From Anaerolineae bacterium (lineage in GTDB: Bacteria > Chloroflexota > Anaerolineae > S140-20): a stretch of DNA of 64,000 nt. Both the position numbers and the translations under genes were made by a program. The stretch's first letter is position 1, and every line of letters begins with the position of its first letter. Shown here one piece after another: positions 1 through 10,600 of this stretch. The notes below the pieces were generated by a model. It saw nothing but the letters and a program-made list of their open reading frames with translations, was not told the origin of the DNA and ran no database searches. The stretch covers positions 76,957 through 140,956 of the forward strand of contig JALUTT010000056.1 of the NCBI GenBank assembly GCA_027021705.1, in the 5' to 3' direction.

Positions 1-273
1 AACGAGCACCTGTTCCACGGTGAAGTTGCCGATCTGCATCCCCAGGATGGCCTTGGCCGCCTGGGCAGCCTCGTCGGGGCTCTCGGCGAAGCGGATCGCC
101 CCCCGGTCGGCCCGGCCCGTCACCCAGACCTGGGCCTTGACGACCACCGGCCCTCCGATCTCCTCGGCGACCTGGCGGGCCTCCTCCGGCGTCGTCGCCA
201 CCCGTCCCCGAGGGATGGGGATCCGGTGCTGGCTCAACAACGCTTTGCCTTGGTGTTCGTGGATGCGGGTCAT
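1..273 (-). CDS. Succinyl-CoA synthetase beta-like ATP-grasp subunit, N-terminal part (runs off the window edge)
   Basis: Manual translation, not in the ORF track: MTRIHEHQGKALLSQHRIPIPRGRVATTPEEARQVAEEIGGPVVVKAQVWVTGR... resembles the SucC N-terminus (HExQGK, VVKAQV). RBS AGGAGG precedes the ATG at 273. Confidence 0.85.
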   Translation of the reverse strand, partial: MTRIHEHQGKALLSQHRIPIPRGRVATTPEEARQVAEEIGGPVVVKAQVWVTGRADRGAIRFAESPDEAAQAAKAILGMQIGNFTVEQVLV

Positions 274-370
274 AGCGCCTCCTGACACGTTTGCAAATTG
301 TGAGGTTTGTTGATATACTACCGTTCCTCAAGATCATCGCGATTCACGAAACACGAAGAGGATCCCTCCT

Positions 371-1201
371 ATGACCGTTATCTCCCGTCCCCCTGAACTC
401 TCCGTTGCCCTGGCAGCGGCCCGAGAGGCCGGCCAGGCCATCCGTCGCTACTACCGCAATGCCTACGAGGTCGAGGACAAGAGCCCTGACAACCCTATCA
501 CCGATGCGGACCGGGAGGCGGACCGAATCCTGCGGGAGCGGATCACAGCGGCTTTTCCCGGGGATGGCTGGCTCTCCGAGGAGACGCGGGATAACCCAGC
601 CCGCCTCTCGAAGGAGCGGGTCTGGATCGTGGACCCGCTGGATGGGACGAAGGATTTCATCGGTGGCATCCCCGAATTCGCCCTCTCCATCGCCCTGTGG
701 GCAGCGGGGGAGATCGTCCTGGGTGTCACCCACAACCCGGCCACCGGCGAACTCTTCTACGCACTGCGAGGTGAAGGAGCCTGGCAGGTGGGGGGTGGGG
801 CCGACGGTCAGCGCCGTCTCCAGGTGACCTCCCGAGGTCGGCTGGAAGGGTGCCGGGTGCTGGCCAGCCGTTCCGAATATGGCCGGGGGGAGTTTGAGGG
901 CTTCATCGTGCCTCTGGAGATCGTCCCGACCGGGAGCATCGCCTACAAGCTGGCGCTGGTGGCGGCCGGTCGGGCCGACGCCACCTGGAGCCAGGGTCCC
1001 AAGAGCGAGTGGGACATCGCTGCCGGCGTCCTGTTGGTCACCGAGGCCGGCGGACAGGTGACCGACCTGGACGGAGCACCCCACCGCTTCAACCAGCTCC
1101 AACCGGCGGTCAACGGCATCGTCGCTACCAATGGGCACCTCCACGCAGCGGTAATGGCCCTGCTGGAGACCCACCCTGTCGAGCGGGAGGGCTGGCGTTA
1201 A
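371..1201 (+). CDS. cysQ: 3'(2'),5'-bisphosphate nucleotidase / inositol monophosphatase family (CysQ-like)
   Basis: Motifs PITDAD, LSEE, WIVDPLDGTKDF, ASRSE and SEWDIAAG. Confidence 0.8.
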   Translation: MTVISRPPELSVALAAAREAGQAIRRYYRNAYEVEDKSPDNPITDADREADRILRERITAAFPGDGWLSEETRDNPARLSKERVWIVDPLDGTKDFIGGIPEFALSIALWAAGEIVLGVTHNPATGELFYALRGEGAWQVGGGADGQRRLQVTSRGRLEGCRVLASRSEYGRGEFEGFIVPLEIVPTGSIAYKLALVAAGRADATWSQGPKSEWDIAAGVLLVTEAGGQVTDLDGAPHRFNQLQPAVNGIVATNGHLHAAVMALLETHPVEREGWR

Positions 1202-1202
1202 G

Positions 1203-2360
1203 CTACCCTGTGGGAAGGGGCTCCAGCACCCTGAAGGTGCCACCACCCAGGTAGGCATCATCCACGTAGAGGGCCCACTCCCACTGACCGGAAGGGATGC
1301 CGTCCTCGTACTGAAGGTAGATGTAGGTGCGTCCGGCTGGGGTCGGCTCGTTCCAACCGACCACCCCGGAGACCTCAGGCTCCCCGTCCAGCAGCCAGAC
1401 CGAGTAGACCTCGCGGACCTCTTCAAAACCGCTGTAGTCGAAAGAAGCGTAGATCCCTGTGGTGCCGGCCGGGAAGGTGGTGGCCGGTTCGATGGGCTGG
1501 GAATCGGACGTCACATCGCGGGAGAAGGCCACGTTGGCGATGGCTGGACCAGCCGTTGCCTCAGTCGGGGGCCGACGCACCACCAGGTTGTCGAAGCGAA
1601 TCCGCGTACCCTCAGGCTGATAGGCCGAGACGATCAGTCCGACCTCCCCCTCGGACGGCCCATCGCCGGCGACATCGGCGACCAACGTGTCGTCCACGTA
1701 GAGCCGAAACCGATTCCCCACGCAGTCGGCCCGCAGATGGTGCTGGGTAGGCACCGGATCCCAATCCACCGCCTCGGCCCAGTCCGCCAGGGGGATGCTC
1801 TCCCCTGCCTTCTGCTGCTCAACCAGCGAGTAGCCGTCGGAGCTGATCACCAGCCGGACGAAGTTGTCAATATCCTGGTAGCGACAGACAATGCCGAAAG
1901 CGTTGTCGGCGCTGCCGCCCAGCCATCGGGCGTCCACCTCCACCACCACATCGTCAAAGGTGGCCTCGTAGGAACTGACCTGCACCCACCCTTCGGCATC
2001 CTCGGGCAGTTCCAAGATCTCGATGATGTACCCCCCGTCCTCGTACCCCCGCCGACTGATCTCGTCGCCGTCGTCAGGCCAGCCGCTGGTCGGATCCGAG
2101 AAGTCGTCCTGAAGGAGGACCTCGGACCCCATCTCAAGAGGTGGGGAGGGGGAGGGCTGAGGGGAAGGCGGCGAGGATTCCAGGGTGGCCGGCGGTGGGG
2201 TGGGTAGGATCACCCTGGCCCGCGTCGGCGTTGGGAAGAGGGTGGGCGCAGCCGTTGGTGTAGGCGTTGCCCGTCCAAAGGAGAGGCTACAGGCCAGCGT
2301 CGCCAGCGCCATCATGGCAACCGCCAGCGAGATGGCGGGAGAACCTTGCTTCGCTTGCAT
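1203..2360 (-). CDS. Putative lipoprotein with Pro/Thr linker and beta-sandwich (DUF1080/ConA-like) domain
   Basis: Start moved to MQAKQG (GGAGAG RBS). Lipobox-like TLAC, PT-rich linker, LLQDDFSD...GW and FDNLVV motifs. Confidence 0.7.
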   Translation of the reverse strand: MQAKQGSPAISLAVAMMALATLACSLSFGRATPTPTAAPTLFPTPTRARVILPTPPPATLESSPPSPQPSPSPPLEMGSEVLLQDDFSDPTSGWPDDGDEISRRGYEDGGYIIEILELPEDAEGWVQVSSYEATFDDVVVEVDARWLGGSADNAFGIVCRYQDIDNFVRLVISSDGYSLVEQQKAGESIPLADWAEAVDWDPVPTQHHLRADCVGNRFRLYVDDTLVADVAGDGPSEGEVGLIVSAYQPEGTRIRFDNLVVRRPPTEATAGPAIANVAFSRDVTSDSQPIEPATTFPAGTTGIYASFDYSGFEEVREVYSVWLLDGEPEVSGVVGWNEPTPAGRTYIYLQYEDGIPSGQWEWALYVDDAYLGGGTFRVLEPLPTG

Positions 2361-2424
2361 ATCGGTCTCTCCGTGGCGCACAACATGCAGTCCGTGACGG
2401 ATGGCCCAGGACAGGTCCGCCGGG

Positions 2425-2453
2425 ATTCTAACACAACCCTCCCTCCCGGTCAA
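2425..2453 (-). promoter_or_regulatory. Predicted sigma70 promoter for the lipoprotein gene
   Basis: TTGACC-17 bp-TAGAAT on the minus strand. Confidence 0.7.
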
Positions 2454-2464
2454 CGCAGGGGGTC

Positions 2465-2575
2465 GGTGATTACCCCATCGCCCTGCCAATCCATTGACAG
2501 CAGTCCGCTATGGGACTCAACGTGCCCTCTTCCCGGACGGCCAATCCCCCTATCCCCGAGGTCCGGGTAATCACC
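2465..2575. mobile_element. Degenerate or short copy of MITE family A
   Basis: Perfect TIRs GGTGATTACCC (2465-2475) and GGGTAATCACC (2565-2575). The right part (GGACGGCCAATCCCCCTATC) resembles the family A end. Confidence 0.65.
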
Positions 2576-2587
2576 TGGCTATTCTGC

Positions 2588-2721
2588 GGAGATAGGGAGA
2601 CCAGCCGTCCACGAAGGGGGCACGAATACACGAATTAAGGACCGCCTCATTCGTGCATTGGTGAGAAATTCGTGGACGGCCTGCTACAGACCACTCTCTC
2701 GCTCACTTATGGGTAATCACC
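2588..2721. mobile_element. MITE family A copy, left TIR lost
   Basis: Near-identical to the reverse complement of 7506-7658; ends in TGGGTAATCACC. Confidence 0.85.
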
Positions 2722-2734
2722 ATGCTGTTCTTCC

Positions 2735-2763
2735 TTGCCGGGATGGGGATAGGCGGGTATAAT
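2735..2763 (+). promoter_or_regulatory. Predicted sigma70 promoter
   Basis: TTGCCG-17 bp-TATAAT upstream of the M50 protease gene. Confidence 0.7.
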
Positions 2764-2981
2764 GAGGCTTAACTGCTAGCGCCTCCCGGCGGCTGGAAGC
2801 CGCCGCTATGAGTAGCGAAGCCGCCCCTCGGCAGCTCCTGACCCTGCCGGATCAGGAGTCTGACGAAGGCCCGGCCTTGCCTCCTGAAGCCCGCGGCTTC
2901 CGTCGCAGGGGACAGAAGCGGAAAGTGTCGGAGGATCAAGGGAGAGGCCAGCAAGCTGTCAGGTACTCGGAAGGAGAGAGC

Positions 2982-4106
2982 ATGGAACTGGACGTAGGAA
3001 TGTGGCACGCTGGTGGACCGGCCTGGCCGGTGGGAGAGCCGCTCATTCTGCTCCAATTGCGCGAGACAGTGGCCGACCTGATGACCATCGAGCGAGTCGA
3101 AGTGTTGCACCCCCCGGCCCAGGTCGTCCGCTTCCGGGGTCGCTTGATGGGAGACCCGGAGAGGATCTTTCAGCGCTTACTCCAGCGTTTCGAGGCGTTA
3201 GGATACACGCCGACGCTGGCCCGCGAGGGGACCCAGGACCTGATCACGGCCCACCAAGGGGTGGTCCGTCCCCGCCCCGCCAGGACCTGGATCAACGCCC
3301 TTCTCTTCGTGGCGACCATCCTGACCACCCTCTACGCCGGCGCCGCCCAGCAGGGCGTTGACCTGCTGCGGGAGCCAGGCCAGTGGACAACGGGCCTCCC
3401 CTTTGCCCTCACCCTGCTGGTCATCCTGGGCACCCACGAGTTCGGCCACTACTTTGCGGCCCGCTACCACCGAGCCGCCGTCACCCTGCCCTACTTCATC
3501 CCAATGCCCTTCAACTTCCTGGGGACGATGGGAGCCTTCATCCAGCTCCGCTCGCCCATTAAGGACCGCAAGTCTCTCTTCGACATTGGCGTGGCCGGGC
3601 CACTGGCCGGTCTGGCCGTCGCCATCCCGCTGCTCCTCTACGGCCTGAGCATCTCCCCCGTGGGTCCCATTGGGCCGGGCCTGCTGGAGGGCAATTCCCT
3701 GCTCTACCTGGCCCTGAAGTACCTGGTCCACGGGCGAATCCTGCCCGGCAACGGCCTGGACGTCTGGCTCGATCCCATCGCCTTCGCCGCCTGGTTTGGG
3801 CTGTTGGTCACCTGCTTCAACCTGCTCCCCATCGGCCAACTCGACGGCGGTCACATCGCCTACGCCCTCTGGGGACGCCGAGCCTGGACCATCGCCTCCC
3901 TCTCCATCATCATGCTCTTCGCCCTCTCCTTCTTGTGGATGGGCTGGCTGACCTGGGCGCTCCTGGTCTTCTTCCTAGGGCTGCGCCATCCGCCCCCGCT
4001 GAACGACCTAACCCCCTTAGATGGGAAGCGGCGGGCCGTGGGCATCGCCACGGTGATCCTCTTCTTCCTGGTCTTCACCCCGGTGCCTCTCCAGGCCATC
4101 CCGTGA
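2982..4106 (+). CDS. Site-2 protease, peptidase M50 family
   Basis: HEFGH and NLLPIGQLDGG motifs, several TM segments. Start chosen after the AAGGAG RBS; 2808 is an alternative start. Confidence 0.9.
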   Translation: MELDVGMWHAGGPAWPVGEPLILLQLRETVADLMTIERVEVLHPPAQVVRFRGRLMGDPERIFQRLLQRFEALGYTPTLAREGTQDLITAHQGVVRPRPARTWINALLFVATILTTLYAGAAQQGVDLLREPGQWTTGLPFALTLLVILGTHEFGHYFAARYHRAAVTLPYFIPMPFNFLGTMGAFIQLRSPIKDRKSLFDIGVAGPLAGLAVAIPLLLYGLSISPVGPIGPGLLEGNSLLYLALKYLVHGRILPGNGLDVWLDPIAFAAWFGLLVTCFNLLPIGQLDGGHIAYALWGRRAWTIASLSIIMLFALSFLWMGWLTWALLVFFLGLRHPPPLNDLTPLDGKRRAVGIATVILFFLVFTPVPLQAIP

Positions 4107-4108
4107 GC

Positions 4109-6535
4109 ATGCCAATGGGACGAGTTGTGCGCTTCACCCGGCTGTGGGCTCCTCTGCTGTTCGCTTTGCTCTCCCTGAGCCTGGTCCACCGGCTCCTAGA
4201 TGGCACATCCTCGGCGATGGAGGAGGCCAAACCGGTCCTCTCCGCTTCCCCATCACTGCAGGGAGGAAAGGTCCAGCCGGCGTCCGTCAAGACCCTCGGC
4301 TCCGGTCAGGCCCTCTTCCCGCCCTACGGCAACGACCGGGACCGCTTTGGCTTCGATGCTGGCGCCAACCTGAGCCGCTTCGATGTGAGCCTGCTCAAGG
4401 CCGGCTGGTACAGCAATTGGTGGTACAACCTCGATCCACGCCATCCTGACCGTCTCACCTACGTCCAGATGATCCGTCTCCGCGCCGGTGCGGATCCCTA
4501 TGACCCGACCCAGGTCGCCATCACGCCGGACCTGGCGACCATTGCCCAGATCGCTCAAACCCACCCCGGCTCCCTCTGGCTGTTGGGCAACGAGCCCGAT
4601 TCCCTCTACCAGGGCGAGCCCATCTACCCCGAGGTCTACGCCGTCGTCTACCACAATCTCTACTACTACATCAAGGGGGCAGACCCCACCGCCATCATCG
4701 CCAATGGAGGCATCGTTCAGCCGACCCCCTGCCGGATGGAGTACCTGGACATCGTCTGGGAGACCTACCAGCAGACCTACGAGGAGCCGATGCCTGTGGA
4801 TGTCTGGAACATCCACGCCTTCATCCTGCGGGAGGTCTACGGAAGCTGGGGGGCGAGCACTCCGCCCGGTGTGGACCCCAGTTGTGGCATAGACTACAAG
4901 ATCCGGGAAGGAGATGACATCAACATCTTCCGTGCCAACCTCATCGCCTTCCGCCAGTGGATGAAGGACAAAGGCCAGCAGAACAAGCCCCTCATCATCA
5001 GCGAGTACGGCATCCTTTGGCCCGACTGGCTGAAGGACGAGGATGGGCGGGGATGGCCCCCGGAGCGGGTCAGCCGCTTTATGACCCGGACCTTCGACCT
5101 CTTCCTGAACGAGACCTACCCCGACGTAGGCTATCCGGCGGACGGCTACCGGTTGGTGCAGGCCTGGGCCTGGTATAGCCTCTCCGACGACCAGCAGTAC
5201 AACGGCTATCTCTTCCGCAGCGACAGCTATGAGATCTCGCCGATGGGGCAGACCTACGCCACCTACACCGCCGCTCTGTCCGACACCCCTCAGGCCGACC
5301 TGACGGTGCGGCTCTCGGTGCTGCGGGAGGGAGCGCTACGCCACTGGGCAGCCCAGCAGCCCTCAAACACGCTGACGGTAACGCTGGAGCTGACGGGAGA
5401 AGTGGCGAACTTGGGGAAGCTGACCGCCACCAACATGAGCCTCTACTTCGCGCCCGTCCGTTACGAGGCAACGGGAACGGTGGCGCTACCTTTCTCCACC
5501 ACGCCGGTCACCGTGCCGCCCCGCTACGACGGCGTACTGGCCTGGCCCCTCTCCCTCACCTTGCAACCCCGCTACCGCTACGACCTGACCTTCCAGGCCG
5601 ACCCCACCGATCAGGTAGAGGAACCACGCGAGTGGAACAACGCCGTCACCGTCACGCTGGACCTCCGGGCGGACCTGTGGCTGCGCCAGATGAGCTATGC
5701 ACTGAGGGATCCCATTGGCGGACCGGGCGCTCTGACGGCCACACTGGTGCTGACCAATGGGGGGGATTGGTGGGCAGAGCCAACCCACCTGGGCCTCGTC
5801 CTACGGGGCGAGACGGGCACGCTGCTGACCGGCCAACTAGTCTCCCAGCCCTGGTTGGCCCCCGCTCAGGGCGTAACGCTGACGGGGGTCATCAGCCGGC
5901 CGGCTCCCGGCGGTGACTTCTACCTCCTCTCCGCCGAGGTAGATACCTCCGATACCATCCCTGAGCAAGATGAAGGGAACAACCTCATCACGATCCCCAT
6001 CCCCGTCGTCCTGACGACCACCCTCTTCCCCACCCAGACGGTCGTCCTCACGTCGGCGAGCGGCGATCTGGCCTTCGTCCTCCCGGCGGGCCTGGTGTCG
6101 CAAACATCCGTCGTGACCTACACCCCCTACTGGCTGAGCGACCTGGAGGCCACACCCTTCCACGCCGCCACAGCCTTCTCGCTGACGCTGGACAGGCCCT
6201 TGATGCCGGGGCAGGTCATCTCGTTGACCTGGCGCTACCGCGACGAGGACCTGGCAGGCTACCCCGAGGAGCGGTTGACCCTGTACAGGCGGGCAGGAGG
6301 AACCTGGCAGCAGGCCGCCTGTGCCCCCTACCAGCGCCAGCCGGGGGTCAATCGCCTGACCGTGGGACTCTGTCAGACCGGCTTCTTCGCGCTGGGACCC
6401 GGTTACACCATCCTTGTGCCCATCGTGGCCCGAGAAGGGGTGGGGAGCACAGCGTCAGGAGCACTCCTTGGGGAGTCCGTGGGGAGAGCAGAGCGAGGGC
6501 AGCGCATCGGCCCCCTGCTGTTGCCCGATCGGTGA
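4109..6535 (+). CDS. Secreted clan GH-A-like glycoside hydrolase with CARDB-like Ig domains
   Basis: N-terminal signal or anchor, LGNEPD (acid/base) and IISEYG (nucleophile) motifs, two D..E..E.NN CARDB-like motifs. Abuts the upstream stop codon. Confidence 0.7.
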   Translation: MPMGRVVRFTRLWAPLLFALLSLSLVHRLLDGTSSAMEEAKPVLSASPSLQGGKVQPASVKTLGSGQALFPPYGNDRDRFGFDAGANLSRFDVSLLKAGWYSNWWYNLDPRHPDRLTYVQMIRLRAGADPYDPTQVAITPDLATIAQIAQTHPGSLWLLGNEPDSLYQGEPIYPEVYAVVYHNLYYYIKGADPTAIIANGGIVQPTPCRMEYLDIVWETYQQTYEEPMPVDVWNIHAFILREVYGSWGASTPPGVDPSCGIDYKIREGDDINIFRANLIAFRQWMKDKGQQNKPLIISEYGILWPDWLKDEDGRGWPPERVSRFMTRTFDLFLNETYPDVGYPADGYRLVQAWAWYSLSDDQQYNGYLFRSDSYEISPMGQTYATYTAALSDTPQADLTVRLSVLREGALRHWAAQQPSNTLTVTLELTGEVANLGKLTATNMSLYFAPVRYEATGTVALPFSTTPVTVPPRYDGVLAWPLSLTLQPRYRYDLTFQADPTDQVEEPREWNNAVTVTLDLRADLWLRQMSYALRDPIGGPGALTATLVLTNGGDWWAEPTHLGLVLRGETGTLLTGQLVSQPWLAPAQGVTLTGVISRPAPGGDFYLLSAEVDTSDTIPEQDEGNNLITIPIPVVLTTTLFPTQTVVLTSASGDLAFVLPAGLVSQTSVVTYTPYWLSDLEATPFHAATAFSLTLDRPLMPGQVISLTWRYRDEDLAGYPEERLTLYRRAGGTWQQAACAPYQRQPGVNRLTVGLCQTGFFALGPGYTILVPIVAREGVGSTASGALLGESVGRAERGQRIGPLLLPDR

Positions 6536-6564
6536 GTCGGTGAGGAGGCATCAGGAGGAAAAGG

Positions 6565-7029
6565 ATGAGCACGATTCAAGGGGTCGAGTTCAAAGAACTG
6601 GTCACCCACACCGATGAGCGCGGCTTTTTCCGCGAGGTCCTCCGGGCTTCGGATCCCATCCTGCGCGAGGGGTTCGCCCAGTGGAGCCACACGATGTCTT
6701 ATACCGGCGTGGCCAAGGCATGGCACATCCACCGGAAGCAGACCGATTGGTGGTACGTGCCGGTGGGAACGATCAAAGTGGCCCTCTACGATGCCCGGCC
6801 CGACTCTCCGACGCGGGGACAGTTGATGGAGTTCCTAATGGGGGAGCGCCACGGGGCAAAAGTTCTGAAGATCCCACCCGGCGTCGCCCACGGTTACCGG
6901 GTGCTGGAGGGGCCGGCTCACGTCTTCTACTTCGTCTCCCACGAGTACGACGGGACCGACGAAGGGCGTATCCCTCACGACGACCCGGAGATCGGTTACG
7001 ACTGGACTGCCGGCCCTCCGATCCGCTGA
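6565..7029 (+). CDS. dTDP-4-dehydrorhamnose 3,5-epimerase family cupin (RmlC-like)
   Basis: DERGFFRE, WHIHRKQTD, YDARPDSPT, IPPGVAHG and DPEIGYDW motifs; AGGAGG RBS. Confidence 0.85.
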   Translation: MSTIQGVEFKELVTHTDERGFFREVLRASDPILREGFAQWSHTMSYTGVAKAWHIHRKQTDWWYVPVGTIKVALYDARPDSPTRGQLMEFLMGERHGAKVLKIPPGVAHGYRVLEGPAHVFYFVSHEYDGTDEGRIPHDDPEIGYDWTAGPPIR

Positions 7030-7080
7030 GGCGATCCGCAGGTCTTCCAAAAGGTGGCTTCGGGGGAGATGAGGCTGCTC

Positions 7081-7332
7081 TCAATGCCTCGTCGCCCGGC
7101 TGGACCGGAGCTGGACCTGATACCGGTCCAGCAGGGTCCCTAGGAGGCGACGGACCTGGCGCTCATCCAGGTGGGTCTGGAAGATGAACTGCCAGTAGGG
7201 GGGCGACCAGCGCGTGTATCCGCACAGTCCGTACTCCTGGAGCACCGCCTGAACGGCGATACAGCCGTTCTGGTCACCAACTCCCTTGACTTCGTAAGCA
7301 TGGGTAGCCTCAATCCAGGAAATGCTGTTCAT
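7081..7332 (-). CDS. Small hypothetical protein (about 83 aa)
   Basis: Normal amino-acid composition, GGGAG RBS before MNSIS, and its own predicted promoter. Confidence 0.6.
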   Translation of the reverse strand: MNSISWIEATHAYEVKGVGDQNGCIAVQAVLQEYGLCGYTRWSPPYWQFIFQTHLDERQVRRLLGTLLDRYQVQLRSSRATRH

Positions 7333-7463
7333 GTTCACTCCCGGCATTGCAAGAGAACCCGCTGCGTACCCTGGCAGACAACCCCCACAGCCGGCAAGGC
7401 TATCGGCCTGCCTCCGGAGGAGATAGAGCGGGGCTCTGAAGAGATCCCGCGCCTTTACAGGAT

Positions 7464-7492
7464 ATGATAGCGCAAACCATCCACTACGTCAA
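7464..7492 (-). promoter_or_regulatory. Predicted sigma70 promoter
   Basis: TTGACG-17 bp-TATCAT on the minus strand. Confidence 0.7.
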
Positions 7493-7505
7493 GGGCGGTG
7501 CACGC

Positions 7506-7658
7506 GGTGATTACCCACAAGTGAGCGAGAGCGTGGTCCGTAGCAGGCCGTCCACGAATTTCTCACCAATGCACGAATGAGGCGGTCCTTAATTCGTGTA
7601 TTCGTGCCCCCTTCGTGGACGGCCAGCCTCCCTATCTCCAAAGATATGGGTAATCACC
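7506..7658. mobile_element. MITE family A, full copy (153 bp)
   Basis: TIRs GGTGATTACCCA / TGGGTAATCACC; flanking direct repeat CGGTGCACGC (7496-7505, 7661-7670); internal hairpin GGCCGTCCACGAA...TTCGTGGACGGCC. Confidence 0.92.
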
Positions 7659-7696
7659 GCCGGTGCACGCCGTTTTTTGCTTCGTCTGTTCGCGGA

Positions 7697-10600
7697 CTAT
7701 TGGGCCTCGATCCGCACCGGCAGGGGGAGGGCGTCGGCGCCGTCGGGGGCGACCAGCCGTTGGCCGCTCTCCGGGTCGTAGAGCCCCGCGCTCAGCGTGT
7801 AAACGCCCGCCGGCAATGCCCCCGGCAGTTTCAGCACCCGCTCGTCCACCACCACCTCCCCCGGCAACCACCCCGTCGTCGGGCGCCTCCACCCCGCCGG
7901 CACCCCATCCGACTGGGCCACCATCTCCCCCCCAGGCCCCCGCAGGTGCAGGAAGACGTGATAGCTCCGCTCCATCTCCGCCTCCGCCCGCCAGACCAGC
8001 GTCACCGTCAGCACCCCGCCGGGCTCCAACGCCACCACCGGCCCCTCCATCGGCGTCAAGTTCGCCCCCAGCAGCGTCGCCCGCCCTCCCAGCGTCACCC
8101 CCACAGGCAGGGCCGGCGGCGGGGCCTCCCACACCCGCGCCGGCGCGTGCAGGGTCAGCTTCCCCCAGGAGAGGGCGGCCCCGTCGGGAAGGACGAGCCG
8201 CCAGGTGTAGGCGCCGTCGGCGAGGCCGGCGGGGAGGCGGAGCAGGCGCTGGGCGCGCCAGAGACCGGCGGGGAGAACGGGCAGGGTGATGGGCCAGGAG
8301 GCGGCGACCTCCCCCGCGTCGTCCACCAACCGGAGGGGCACCGCCTGCTGCGCTCCTGCCTGCGCCCCCTCGGGCGGAGACCAGAAGAGGGTGACGAGGG
8401 CGGGGTCGCCGGGGGCGGCCTCGGCGCGGTCCACGGCGGCTCCCCAGAAGCAGGGGCGGTCGGGGGGTGGCGGGGTGCACGCCTCCAGCCGGTAGGGCAT
8501 CGCCACCGCTGTCGGGTCCCAGGGCCGGCGGGGGGGCGTCACCCGCACCCGGCCCAGCTCCACCCAGGGGCCCAGGCTTCGACCGGATGGGTCGTAGATG
8601 GTGAGGGGCGTCAGCGTCTCCCGCTCGAAGAGGCTCAGCCGCAGCGTGTAATCCCCCGGCGGTGTCCCCGGCAGAGGGTCCACCAGGAAGGCGGTAAGGG
8701 CGTAGCCCTCGGCGGGCCACTCGTAGGTGGGCGGGGGGTTGCGATACCAGCGGGAGTCCCGCAGGCCCGCCGCCGACCAGCGCAGGCCGGCCTCGTCCAC
8801 CAGCGTCAGCCCCACCCGGTAGTCGCCCCTCCCCACGACCAGGGGACGCCAGTAGAGGACGACCTCCAGGGGGCCGTCGGCGGGTAGGGCCTCCGGGAGC
8901 CGCCGGTGGCCCAGCAGGGCCAGCCGCGCCTGGGCCGGATCGGGGCTGCCGAAGGTGAGCGGGAGAGGGCGATCCAAGCCCGCCAGCCCCCCCGTCGGCC
9001 CCAGCCGTGAGCGGCGCAACGGTGTGGCTCCTTGGTCCACCAGCAGGAGCTTCAGGGCGAGGAGCAGCAGGCCGAGGAGGACGTAGGGCCACAGGGCCAC
9101 GGTCTCTCGGTCGAGAGGATGGGATCTCGGGCGGGCAGTCCCCAGGGCAGCGAGCAGCAGGATCAGGCTGAGCAGCGAGAGCCCGTCGGCCAGGAGCCGC
9201 AGAGGGGTCTCCTCGAAGCGGAGGACGACGGTGTGGCGACCGGCCGGCAGGTCGAGAGCGATCAGCCCTTCGGGGTCCGTGGGAACGATGGGCACCGGCT
9301 CGCCGTCCAGCCAGGCCCGCCAGCCGGGGAAGTAGAAGGCCCGGAGACGGGCCTGGAAGGCCACCGGCGTCTCCACCTCGACCCGAAGGTCGAGGGGGCC
9401 GTAGTCGGCCTGGAGGAGCCGACCGCCCTCGGGCAGATCGGCGAGGGGGAACCGCGCCTCCCAGGGCGGTCGGTCCCCCTCGTCCTGAGGCATCCGCCGG
9501 ACCCAGATGGGCAGCAGTTCCCCTTTGGCCGTGGTGCCCAGGGTGTGGGTAGTCCGCTCCCAGGCGACCATTCCCTGGAGAGTCGTGTCGGCCGGCGGCG
9601 GGCAGCGGCGGGGGTAGAACCAGCCCCAGTGGCCCATCCCCAGCAGGAGGAGGAAGACCGGAGGGAGCAACAGAGGAACCCAGCGGGCGAGAGCGGTCCG
9701 GCTCCCGACGGCGGCATCGGACCGGTGGGTGCGCGGAACCGATCTGCCCTCCACGGGAGCCCCGGTCAGGAGAGCAGCGATCAGGGTGGCCGGGGCCAGG
9801 AAGCGCCACGGGAACTGGAAGGCGGCCAGGGGAGGCAGGGCGTCCCACAGGGGCCGGGAGAGGGGCAAGGCCAGCAGGAGGTAGCCGGCCAGGGCCAGGA
9901 GGAGCAGTCCCGTGAGGATGCGTCGTTCGCGGTCCCGTCGGAGGCCGACCAGCCCTCCCCCCAGGGCCAGGACCAGGAGGAGCCCTCCCAGCCCCCGGGG
10001 GGGCCAGTCGTTGATGAGGGTGGGATCGGCATTGCGGGGCAGGGCCAACATCTGGTCCAAGGGGAGGAAGTTGTAGGCGTACTGGAAGGGCCAGGCGCTC
10101 TGGGCCCGCTGAAACTGGATGGTGCCTCGTTCCAAGAGAGCCGGCAGCCAGAAGAGGGCACTTCCCCCCAGCCCCAGGGCCAGGGCCAGCCCTCCTCGCC
10201 CTAGGGAACCCAAGAGCGGCCCGTGGCTGTGGGTCCCTGCGGGGCGGGGAGGCCGGGGTGCCCGGTCGGACTCTCCCAGGGCGACGGCCAGCATCCATCC
10301 TAGGAAGAGGGGGAGGAAAGCGTAGGCCGAGACATCGTGGGTCAACATCAAGGCGACCAGCCCCAGGACGGCGGCGGCCAGCCCTCGGCGCTCCCTCCAT
10401 CGCTGCCAACGACGAAGCCCCCACAGGACGAGAGGGGGAAAGCTCCAGGCCAACGTCTCCGAGAGGCTGGCCCGGTAGAAGGCGACGTAAGCGTGGAAGG
10501 GGGCGTAGAGGAAGGCGATGGCCGCAGCCCAACCGCCGGACTCTCCCCACAGGTCCCGGGCCAGCAGCCAGAGGGTCAAGCCGGAGAGGAGCAGTCCCAG

